Source: Camelus ferus
Lineage: Eukaryota
Length of the DNA stretch: 64,000 bases
NCBI RefSeq assembly: GCF_009834535.1
Contig: NC_045696.1
Span: 98,954,001-99,018,000 of the forward strand
Direction of reading: 5' to 3'
Within the stretch, counting starts at the first letter, position 1, and each line of letters opens with the position of its first letter. Made by a program: the position numbers and the translations under genes. Below are positions 53,911 to 64,000 of the stretch, in pieces. Under the pieces are notes generated by a model. The model saw only the letters and a program-made list of their open reading frames with translations. It was not told the origin of the DNA and made no database searches.

Positions 53911-55912
53911 CCTTTAGTCAGGACTCTTAGCTGAAATTGGTGAAAAAAAAACTCATTTCAAACTGCTTCAGTAAGAAAAGTTTTTAAAGCCAGGTGGGTG
54001 TTAGGGTGGGATTTCTCAAGAGCCACAAGACTACATCTTCACTCACCTTGAATATTTCCAATAGAAAGGGATTCCTTCTGGTAACTCTCAAGAAAGAAAT
54101 TGACTTTTCTATCTTTTCTGGTCATATTCTTTATAGGTCTGAAGTTTCCTTTATACTCTCCATATATTTAATCATGTTTGTCTTCTCTCTAGTTTAAAAA
54201 CTGCAGAGAAACTATGACTCTCAAGAAAGTCACCCTAAGATCTGTAGATTCCTTTGTGGAAGACAGATCGATTCATAAGCTTGCAATCAATCAAACATGT
54301 AATTCCTATGGGAAATATTTATCTAATCCTAGTATTAACTTGCTGCTTAATATTGGTCATACAGGCCAGGGGAGGATCTGACTCATTAAACCCATCTCAA
54401 ATTGGATAATGCAGTTTCGATTGGATATCATCACTGCCAATCATTTTTACCTGAAAAGGCATTATGAGAGAGGTTGAATAGCCCTCTTTCTTTGAAGTAG
54501 AAGCCCAGGCAGCCTGCCAAAAAGTATGCATGTGTATTGGGGGCAAGGGGCAGTGAATCCTGCTTGTAAATACTAAAAAACTGGGAACTCTCACAAGCAA
54601 CACATTGAACCTACAGCATAACATCTTAGTGTTGTGTAATATTTTGAACAGGCAATATCAGGCAGCCATGCACACATCCACTGATCTGTTAGAACAATGA
54701 TACCCTGAAATTTCTGCCTTGTTGATTGTTTTTAAAGAAAAAAAAACAGGTTTAGCCTGCAGAAAGATCTCATCCTTTGAATTTGCAAACCTTCTATCAC
54801 AGCTTCTCGCATTCCAGTCTCAGCCATGCCATCCCTTTCTCATTGGCTCAGGTGGGTTTAGAGCCCAGCCAGAAGCCAGTCACTGTGGCCTCGGGGAGAG
54901 TATGCTGATTAACTAAACTAGTCAGGGTCCATCCAGGAAGCATGGCTGGGTCAAGTCTACCCAGAGCTTGGGGTCAGCAAGGGAAAAAAATGAGTTCTCC
55001 AACAGACAGTTACTTGCTTTTAACCAGAAAAGGAGAGAGTATACTCTCGATGTAAGGTCATAAATATTCATTACAGATTTCATTGAGAATTTTACAGATT
55101 GGTGTATACAGTATAATTTGTGTAAAAAAGAAACTATACTTAGAGAGACATATATGTATACCCAAAACAGATGAAGGACTTCAAGTCAGGCAGCACAATG
55201 CTAGCGCTGGTTCCCTCTTGGGAGGGGATTACACATTGAGGGTGTGAGGGGCTTTGACCAAGGGAAGATGGCTCACAGTGAACTCTATGTCCATATGCTT
55301 GCTTGCGTATCATAATAAGAATAAAGTCATAATTGTGTACTAAAACTATTTTTAATTCAAAAACAGTACATATGCCTTATGACAGAAAGTTTATAGCTTC
55401 ACTTAACGAACAGTCTCCCTGAACAAGACAGGCAATATTGACAGAATGTCATTACATCCATACTTCATGAACCCTGCTATGGATAAAGATAACTGGCTTT
55501 ACAAACAATTCAAATTTGTTTGAGTTCTATGTATTTTGTGTGACAAGCCAAATAAAACCATTTTCAGTAGATTGGTACATATCCTGTGGAATTTTGCATG
55601 TAGACAACAACAAAAATAAATACATGTATTAGCTTACTGATTCCCTTCACAAGTTACAAAAATTGTCACTTTGTTCCCTGAAGTTGTATTTACTTGTTTA
55701 TTTTCACATGAGGAAACCACGTGGGTCATAACTGCCACATCTTGGCAGATATTAATGAGCCTAGGGATTAGTGAAGCACTGAGAATTGCTAGGACTGTTC
55801 TTGTCATGGTGTTTCTCACTAAAAGGAATCCTTAAAGGGCCACTGGGACCCACCGTAAATACCTCTGTAATCTTCTCTTTGCTTTTTGATTTGTTGACAT
55901 TTTGATTTGGGG

Positions 55913-55940
55913 GTGTGTGTGTGTGTGTGTGTGTGTGTGT
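55913..55940. repeat. (GT)14 microsatellite
   Basis: Read directly. Confidence 0.95.
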
Positions 55941-56243
55941 AAGTAATGATAGTAACTGTTAAATACATGTTAACACTTATTTGTTCATTTGTCAGAATTT
56001 CATTGAGTGCCTGTTACACATTAGCCACCGTCCAAGGAATACAGACACGAAATGGGATGGCAGAGTCACTTCTCCAAGAATTACAGGGACTGCTGGACGC
56101 CAAGGATAAGTCAACTATCCCTTTCGAGGGTGGTGCACTTACGAGGAACAGGGGCCCTGAGAGTGACCAAGTCAGCCTTCGGTGGCTGTAAGGATGGGAG
56201 GAGATTCAGGCAAGGCTTCATAGAGAACCGCTGCTTGGCAGAC

Positions 56244-56761
56244 TGATGGGGTTCAGGACACACTACTCCCAAGAATGACACCCTTGGCGTGTTAAATACT
56301 TTAATTGGTAGGAGTTTGAGAAAATAACAAAAGCAAGAAGGTCACTTTGACATTCCTACAATCCATTGCTTCGGAAACAGGTCATAAACCCCTCATGTGA
56401 GAGGGCCCTCCCTGTACCTGGAGGAAAAGAGCATCCTTGTCTCCAAAGACAAAGAAATGCTGAGAAGAATCCTAACAAACCGGCCTCATTAAATTTCCTC
56501 CAGTTTCCTACCCTCACCTCGTATTCCTTAACCCATGCAATTCTATGTGATTGCCCACTCATCATCAAACCTAGCACAAAAATACTCAATCCTGATTGTT
56601 CCCTCAGGTCTTTATTCCCTTATGAAATCTCCCATGTCATATACTATTTATTCTAAGTAAATCTGCATGCTTTTCTCTTGTTAATCTGTCTTTGTCAGCC
56701 TGATTTGAAGACCCAACCAAGGACTCTAAAAAGGTCAGGGAAAACTTTTTCTTCCCCTACA
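56244..56761 (+). mobile_element. MER34/MER39-like ERV1 solo LTR
   Basis: Starts TGATGGGGTTCAGGACACACTACTCCCAAG and ends AAAACTTTTTCTTCCCCTACA. Flanks CAGAC/TGGAC are compatible with a CpG-decayed TSD. Confidence 0.8.
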
Positions 56762-56773
56762 TGGACAATGGGG

Positions 56774-57234
56774 TGAGAGAACATCCTAGGCCTAGGGAAC
56801 AGTAAGGATACCAAACAGAGTTACAAACAACAGAGTAGAAACGGGCAACTATAAATAATCCAGTCCTAATAAACTGGAAGGGGAGGAGTTTACTAGACCC
56901 AGGACGGAGCTCTCTTGTCCCGGATGCCCGGTCAGCACTGAAACGTAGATCACATTCACGTCCCTGTAAGTGTTCCAGCCGACCAGAAACACAGTGTACC
57001 TCCTCAGGCAATCCCCAAGCATGAAGCCAGCACTGGGCCCTATACTGACTTCCAAAGAAAGTGGACTATGTAGGCACAGATGATCGGATAAGTTCTATTT
57101 CTCTCCCCTGTTCTTTATTCTTTAACCTATAAAAGTTTCTTGCCTTCCACTGCAGTTTGCAGTTCTCCAAAAGGAGACTGTCCACTTCATGATGTGTTAA
57201 ATTTTATTTGTATCGTCAAAATTGTCTTCTTACA
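56774..57234 (+). mobile_element. Putative unclassified solo LTR
   Basis: TG...CA bounded ~460 bp segment, relatively CpG-rich, with CCTATAAAAG followed by an AT-rich polyA-signal-like tract. Family not recognised and TSD not clear. Confidence 0.45.
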
Positions 57235-57235
57235 T

Positions 57236-57551
57236 CATTTTTTATTGAAGTATAATCAATTTACAATGTTGTGTTAATTTCTGGTGTACAACATAGTGAT
57301 TCAGTTATACATATAAATATGTATTCTTTTTCATCATAGGCTATTCCAAGATATTGAATATAGTTCCCTGTGCTATATAGTAGGACCTCGTTGTTAATCT
57401 ATTTTATATTATAGTAGTTGCTATCTGCAAATCCCAAACTCCCAGTTTATCCCTCCCAATCCCCCTTCCCCGGCTGGTAACCATAAGATTGTTTCCTATG
57501 TTTGTGAGTCTGTGTCTGTTTTGTAAATAAGTTCATTTGTGTCCCTTTTTT
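57236..57551 (-). mobile_element. Cetartiodactyl-type L1 3' end, 5'-truncated
   Basis: TTTTTATTGAAGTATAATCAATTTACAATGTTGTGTT...GTGATTCAGTTATACAT...GTTCCCTGTGCTATATAGTAGGACC. The C-tract at 57451-57470 is the L1 3'UTR G-rich tract. Confidence 0.88.
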
Positions 57552-58097
57552 CATTAACCATTTTTTAACATCCCTTTAAATTAGGCAAAATTTATCATGC
57601 CATTGTAAAGACTTTTTCATGGGAAAGGTAATGATACTAAGAAGGCGAGAGGCACAACGAAACACATTTTAGGGAGAAAGCTCTAGGCTAGAGGCTGTGT
57701 GAAAGCGAATTAAAGGGGAGAAAGACTAAAGGAAGGACCAGTTAGGAAGCCACCATATAATTCTAATGACAAATGATGGAAATGATGGTTTGAACTATGT
57801 GGCCCTGGGAACAGGAACAAGGGCATAGATTTGAGAATATTTGGGAGATTTGAAGATCAATTAGATGTGGGACTGTGAGAGCAGGCAGGACCAAGGATGG
57901 GCTTCAGAGAGTCTGTAAACCTTCCTCCAGGAAGGAAAATGCATTTGGTTATATGTATTTTTCTGGGGGAATTAACTTACAGCTTCTATCAGAGCTCTAA
58001 TTGGGTTCATAACTGAAATAAGTTCAAACTACCACACTGTTCTATTATCAGATTCACACTTCATTTAAAGACTCAACTCTTTTTACAGTTGTTTCTT

Positions 58098-58205
58098 AGG
58101 GTAAGGTTTACAGATTTAGCCTGTAAAAACACAGAATGAGATGCAGGATTTAGCAAACACAAATTTACATTTAACTGGGTGTCCTGTGCTTTGTTTGGCA
58201 TCTCT
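58098..58205. mobile_element. Internally deleted MER53-like element
   Basis: CAGATTTAGC...AAAAACACAG and AAATTTACATTTAACTGGGTGTCCTGT. Confidence 0.6.
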
Positions 58206-58677
58206 TCTGAAAGACATTCAAGCTGTGAAATAACATTTCTCTGGGAAGATACATTATATTCCTCATTATCTGGGTGCAAAGTTCCTTCAACTCAAATTCC
58301 ATTAATTCATTTGTTCATTCAACAAATATTGACTGGCTGCTACTCCATTCACACTGAGTTCACTTAGTGAAGAAACAGTTTGTAGTCCCTTTCCCTCAGG
58401 AGCTTACAATGGAATTTGGAAGATAATTTTGTTTTGAAAAGTAGATTTAAAAATTAGTAAATAACTTTGACTAGTACATGCTAGGAGACAAGCAGGGAGA
58501 AGTGACAGAGAGCAACGTGCATTTCACTAAGATGGGAAGGAGCTCCAACCAGGTGAAAGGCAGGGAAGAAAGTGGTCCCAGCAAAGGGATGAGTTTGGTG
58601 AAGGGACTGGAGGTGGGAAGGAACCATTGAAACTGGAAAAAAGAATGTCATGCAGTGGCCAAAGGGAAGAGTAGAAG

Positions 58678-60125
58678 CAGAGTACGCTATATAATTCACA
58701 AGACCCAGTACAAAATGAAAATGTGGCCCCTTGTTCAAAATGCAGAAAAAGATGCCATCAAAGCTCCTAAGATGAGATCTTTTCCTTTGTTCTACTGTCT
58801 CTTTTCATTTGACATGGTGGGATTTTTTTTACTTGTAATTTAGTATCATTTTAAGTGTAAAAAATTAAAAAGTTAAAATTTTAAATCATTTCCTTAATTT
58901 TTTCCGTTTATCTTTATATTGGGCAATGCCACTTTTAAGTGTGATTCTAAGAACATTTACTTCACTTCGTACGTAGAATCACCAAAACTGCACAATCGGT
59001 ATTTCATAGCTCGTACACACAGATGTATTTCATTCTTACCAGAACAATGAAAATGCTGCACAAAACTAACTCCACTGCTTTTATTTCACTTCTTGATACA
59101 AGCACATTCTACCAACACTCTCTACTTAAGCTTACTGATGGATAAGGAGGAAGGAGGAAGTGGGAAAGGAACTATGGGCTAGCCTCCTTCCCTTCCCACC
59201 TCCATCATCCCTTTCCACGGAAGTAATTGGCTAATACAGAGAAGTACATGGGAAGATTCCTCGATCCTTTGTGTTTCTTAGAATGCTATTGTCTTCTTTC
59301 TGCACTGGGAGCAAGGTCTGGTTCACAAGGAAAAGACAGTCTCGGGGGCTGTCAGCACCATCCTGTTAGTTGTAGACAGTGCACACTTACCTTGTAGTTG
59401 CTTTGAGTCTCACCAAACTTCCACCTATTCCTGAATCCAGTGGAATTTTGTGCTTATAGGGCATATCAAACTGAGGCATCCAAGAACTGTAGGCCCACCC
59501 ATTATACACATTCCCCTGTGTGTGGGCATGTTCCATTGTCTTGTAATAGGGAAGGACAAATCTGACTCAGTACTGGATCTGTTTCTTTTACTTTAACCTT
59601 TGTGTTCTACTGCTTGTTAATCACAAAAGGGATGTTGCCTATAAGCTTAAATTACACAAAATAGCCCAGCTCTGGGAACCCTGCCTCCCAGGTAATGAGC
59701 ATTAAGCTAAAACTCCTTTCTTTAGTTCACAGGAAACCTCCTAACCAGCCCCACCTGTGAATGGCTGCAGGCAGGAAGAAATTAACACCTCCGGATGCTG
59801 ACCGGAAATAGGAAACGTTTGACTTTACTCCCTCAACTTTTAATATAAAAGAAATCTGAATTCTAACTCAGGCAAGATGGTTCTTTGGGACACTAGTCCA
59901 ACCATCTTCTTGGTCTCCTGGCTTTCTGAATTAAGTCATTATTCCTTGCCCTAACAACTTCTCTCTCAATTCATTGGCCCATTGTGTGGCGAGCAGTATG
60001 AGCTTGAACTTGGTGACAGTCTCGTTGCACTTCACTTACAAATCACAAATTCAAAGGCAAAATTAACAATTTCAGAATGGCAACAACAAAGCATTAAATC
60101 CAACATGAGGTCCTGTGTGTCCCAG
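58678..60125 (+). mobile_element. MER45B-like hAT-Tip100 DNA transposon split by the LTR
   Basis: 5' end ...ATAATTCACAAGACCCAGTACAAAATGAAAATGTGGCCCCTTGTTCAAAA and 3' end ...AATTTCAGAATGGCAACAACAAAGCATTAAATCCAA both match MER45. Confidence 0.75.
59542..60018 (+). mobile_element. ERV1 (MER4-group-like) solo LTR inserted into MER45
   Basis: TGTAATAG...GGTGACA termini, perfect 4-bp TSD GTCT (59538-59541, 60019-60022) and TATAAAA at ~59845. Confidence 0.88.
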
Positions 60126-62480
60126 CCCTCCATGGGAGAAGATGAAGCTGGGGAAGTGGGCAGGGACCAGACCATGAAAATCGTGCTGTGGTCTCTGCAT
60201 TTTACTTGGTGCCTATAATTTTCCTGTGGCTCTCCCCACCCCCAACTCCCCTTTCTTCTGTATGAAACCCTATACATGATTTGAATTTACCATTCCTAGT
60301 CCTAAATCTATTCCATTTATTCCAACATAATTTACTCCTTTCAACCTCTATTGAAGCCTTGAATGCAAATGTAAAACAATTAAAATCCAAATTTTCTTTT
60401 ATCTCAATAATTGATCTCTAGGTCTATCACAAAGAATAATAATAAAATAATACCAATAATAACATATGAGTGAAGGGATCAGTAATGAAGGTCAAATATT
60501 TGATGTAGGAGTTTGCAGTGAAAAATGTTTAGAAACAGACATGGTGACTCTCCGAGAACTCTCTCACAGTTGAATTTTGTCATTTCACAGGACTGCTGGC
60601 TCTGGGGTGATGTCCTCTTAATCTGTTTTCTGACACCCATTAATGCATTTCCTCACTTCTGTGATTGAAGTGTTGCTCACACAGATCATTGATTTGTAAA
60701 GTTGGGTGTGAATGTCCGATGAATTTTAAAGAGAAACCTTCAACACTTCATTCCATTCTAGCTTGACTTCACTTTGCAGTGCAGTCCCCTGAGTCGCTTG
60801 CTGCCTGTGTCCTGTTGCATCAGAATGAGGCAAAAGAAAGAAGGATGTAGGGGACAGAAGGAAGAAAACAGAGTAAACTTGTAGGCAAAGGGCACTCGTG
60901 CTGCCAGTATTGTCCCATAGATTATAGTCAAGTGAAACCCCTGTAAAATCTCATTGGTGATACTTTTGCTCGTTTTTAAAATTGTATTCTTATGGTAAAT
61001 GGTGCCATTGAATCACGTTATAGTTCTGCTCTGGTCTGAGCTCTTCCTGCACTTTGGGAAGCTGGTTGTCATTAAGGGCTCATGAGAAGTCTGTGCAGTG
61101 CTCACTCGGTATCGTGGAATTCTCCATGCTCACAGCTTTTGGCAATGATCTGAATGCCTGAGCTTGGAAATTGGCATCGGTTGACAATAGTACCAAAATG
61201 CTGGGCACTGGCTTTTTCTTCGGATACTTCCTGTCTTTGAAGAGAAAAGGATCCTCCCTTTTCCCCCAAAATAATTTTCAAAATTCCCTATAGAATATTT
61301 ATTTTTAAAACTTCCATATTTTCACCTCACCAATTTTTTAGAACTGATCTATAAATATTGTTTACATTATACATTTTTTGTTCCAAGAGCAAATATTACC
61401 AAGTCAACATAATAAAAGGATACATAACATTTTTCTCTGTGATGATTTAGGAAAAGTAATGGTAATACATAGGGAGAGTCCTAACGTGAGGTTATGTAAT
61501 CATTCCTCAATTCATCACTTTGTTTTGTAGTATCCACCATGTACTAGGGATGAATGATACTAGGGACTGAAATCCACATGCACCTCTCTACACAATCTAT
61601 GGTAAAATACTATTGACATAAACAAAAAATGGCAGCAATATTTCCTTTGCATAAGGCTGAAAAGCTGGGATTTCTTCAAGATTGCCTTCTCAGCACACTT
61701 CTGCCATTGAGTTCACCCTACCTTATTTAGTCTGTCTTTCTCCTTTAAGCCAAAGACCCAGATTCATGACTGCCTGACTCTCTCTTCCTTTCCCCTCTTC
61801 TTCTCATTTTCTCCAAGGTAAACAAGTTCTTTAAGTTATCCTAAACCATAGACCTCTGCTCAGCAGCGGTAAGTCTCCTGGCTTTGCTGTCCAGATCCTA
61901 AAGAGAACCTGTTCTGTACTAAAAATCCCAGGAGCTCAATGCTCAGCTTTTGATCAGTTAATGGGAGAATAAGGAATTTGGAAAATCCTCTTTTAAGGCA
62001 AAAGCCTAGTGTATGAAGCTACTGTCTTGATGTGTAATCCTATTTCGCATTTGCTTTCTCTTAGTGACTTCTGTAACATATCTAATCTCTACACATACAT
62101 GCTCCCAGGCAGAGGGATGCATAACTAAAGTTTTATATTTAGAAGAATAAAAATAGTTTATAATTTTCAAATGTTGTCCCTTCTTTTGACGTTATAGCCA
62201 ATACCAAATTTTATAAGAATTCACCTCACATTTCCTCAGCTTATTTTTGCTATGTATTTCTTCATCTTCTCCCAACTCTACCTTTTGCTAAAACTACCAA
62301 CAAAACACAGAACTAAATACTGTGCTTCCTTCAAAGTCATGCACACATTTGACATGTCAACTCTGGTGGTAAAATGACAGCATTAAAGCAATATAAAAAG
62401 AGGTGATAAAGTAATTGAAATTGAATTACAGGCTTCCCAGTTAATAAATTATATTTTATTATTACTATTATTAGTAGTAT

Positions 62481-63011
62481 TGAGACAGGAGGGAAGGGGG
62501 CAGGTCACAAACATTAAAGGAATGAGAGAGCAATTAGTACCAAGATGGCAGAAGAGTCAACTCCCAGTAGACCTTGAGGCCCCAGATGGCAGGACCTTGA
62601 GCCACATTACACACATTGTAATGTGTTAGCGTGGTGAATGACACACCCACAGTCACCATGACAGTTCCAAGGCTAAACACAATAGGTCAAAAGTGGATGG
62701 TGGTCCAATTCCTGGGAATCCCCACCCCTTCCCCAAAGTAGTTAGAATAATCCTCTCACTTGTTAGCATATACAGATTCACAACACCATGACTCTCAGCT
62801 CTGTTTTCTCTCTCTGGCCATTCTCTGATGGCCTGCATTCTGTCTATGGAGTGAACACCTCTCTAAATCTACTTTTACTCAACTATGGCTCGCTCTTGAA
62901 TTCTTTCCTGTGCAAAGCCAAGGACCCTCACTTGGCGGGGTGCATCCCAGGGACTTGCCTGGGACCTGGGACATGGCCATCCTCTGGCACCTCCCATACT
63001 TTTCAGTGTCA
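62481..63011 (+). mobile_element. MER41-like ERV1 solo LTR (copy A)
   Basis: TG...CA termini with GTAT on both sides. Internal TTCCTGGGAATCCCACCCCTT...GAATAATCC...TTGTTAGCATAT and CTCGCTCTTGAATTCTTTCCTGTGC resemble MER41 LTRs. Confidence 0.85.
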
Positions 63012-63015
63012 GTAT

Positions 63016-63502
63016 TGTTACCAGAGAGTAAGTTCTTTCTTGTTCAGGGAAGATTTCAAGAGTAAGCCACAGTAAAGTGAAAGCAAGTTTATTTAGAGAG
63101 ATACACATTCCATAGACAGAAGGCAGTCCCTCTCCGAAGCGAGAGCAGCTCCAGGGTACAGGACTAATTAGTTTTTATGGGCTGGCTAATTTCATACGCT
63201 AACAAGTGGGAGGATTGCTCCTACTGTTTGGGTGAAGGGGCAGGGATTTCCAGGAACTGGGCCCCTGTCCATTTTGGGGCCTTTTATGGTCAGCCTGGGA
63301 ACAGTCAAGGTGCCTGTGAGTGTGTGTGTGTCATTTAGCATGCTAATGTATTACAATGAGCCCATAATGAGGCTCAACGTCTCTTGGAAGTCAGGTCTTC
63401 TGCCATCTTGGGCCGAGTTGGTTCTAACCAGTTTATATCATATCCTCAGTGGCTACAGCATTCTTTTAGTGGTTGTGCCCTGCCCCCTTCCCTCCTGTCT
63501 CA
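63016..63502 (-). mobile_element. MER41-like ERV1 solo LTR (copy B, inverted)
   Basis: The minus strand begins TGAGACAGGAGGGAAGGGGGCAGG, the same start as copy A. AATAAA on the minus strand at 63088-63093; ends ...GGTAACA. GTAT on both sides. Confidence 0.87.
63248..63256. promoter_or_regulatory. Candidate STAT GAS element TTCCAGGAA in LTR B
   Basis: Exact TTC-N3-GAA match at the position where MER41 LTRs carry their GAS site. Motif only, no functional evidence. Confidence 0.5.
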
Positions 63503-64000
63503 GTATTATGGATGTTTATAACAAACAAAGTAATATTGAATAACCAGGACTATAAGACTCTGTCCAAATTGACCCAAATTGATCAGAAACATCACAATTG
63601 ATATTTTAAAAATGCCTAAAAGTACCATTTTCTGGACAACTCCAAAAACATCAGTGTCAGTTTTGTAAGATAGCACATTCATATACTGAAAAACATTACA
63701 ACTGCTAAGATAATTAGTTTTATTTTGAAATATTTTATTTCTACCTTCGCCTCAGTTTCTCTGTCATAATTACATTATTAATATTTTTTCATTGTCTGTG
63801 ATTAGTTTTGGCATTTCTATTCCATGATAGAGCAACGGTCTATCACCATACTGTACCATCACATGGCTATTTAATCAAATAGTGTGTTTCAGTCATTGAT
63901 ATTTGAAGTAAGAAGGATTTAGTCTGGAGTGATGTATCATTGTCAGTGAAGGATGAAGGACAGACAGCAAGTCATTCTAAAGGGGAAATCAAAGCTATTT

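Noticed and set aside
1973..54386. Multiple AP-1 TGA(G/C)TCA sites
   Set aside because: Number is about what chance gives for a 7-mer in 64 kb, and they are not clustered.
1..64000. CRISPR array, operon or other prokaryotic system
   Set aside because: The sequence is mammalian with no regularly spaced repeats or dense ORFs.

Overview
AT-rich, CpG-depleted mammalian genomic DNA, intergenic or deep intronic. I recognise no protein-coding host exon; the ORF track is short chance ORFs or decayed transposon fragments. The repeat content points to a camelid (inference): a short tRNA-derived SINE resembling vic-1, cetartiodactyl-type L1 3' tails, and no recognisable Alu, B1/B2 or BovB. Ancient eutherian repeats (L2, MIR, MLT1, LTR16, MER53, MER58, MER45, Tigger MITEs) are scattered throughout. 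The largest feature is a decayed class I (ERV1) provirus at 33458-39238 with two LTRs, a GTAA target-site duplication (TSD), a tRNA-Ile-type primer-binding site (PBS), gag-pro-pol remnants and no env. It is nested in an L1, 1 bp from the TA target site of a MER82. The most unusual structure is at 62481-63502: two related MER41-like solo LTRs in opposite orientation sharing one target site (GTAT-LTR>-GTAT-<LTR-GTAT). This makes a ~1 kb imperfect inverted repeat carrying STAT/GAS motifs. Several transposon-free, CpG- or motif-rich islands are candidate enhancers. Repeat family names are from remembered consensus sequences, and boundaries are approximate unless a TSD is quoted.
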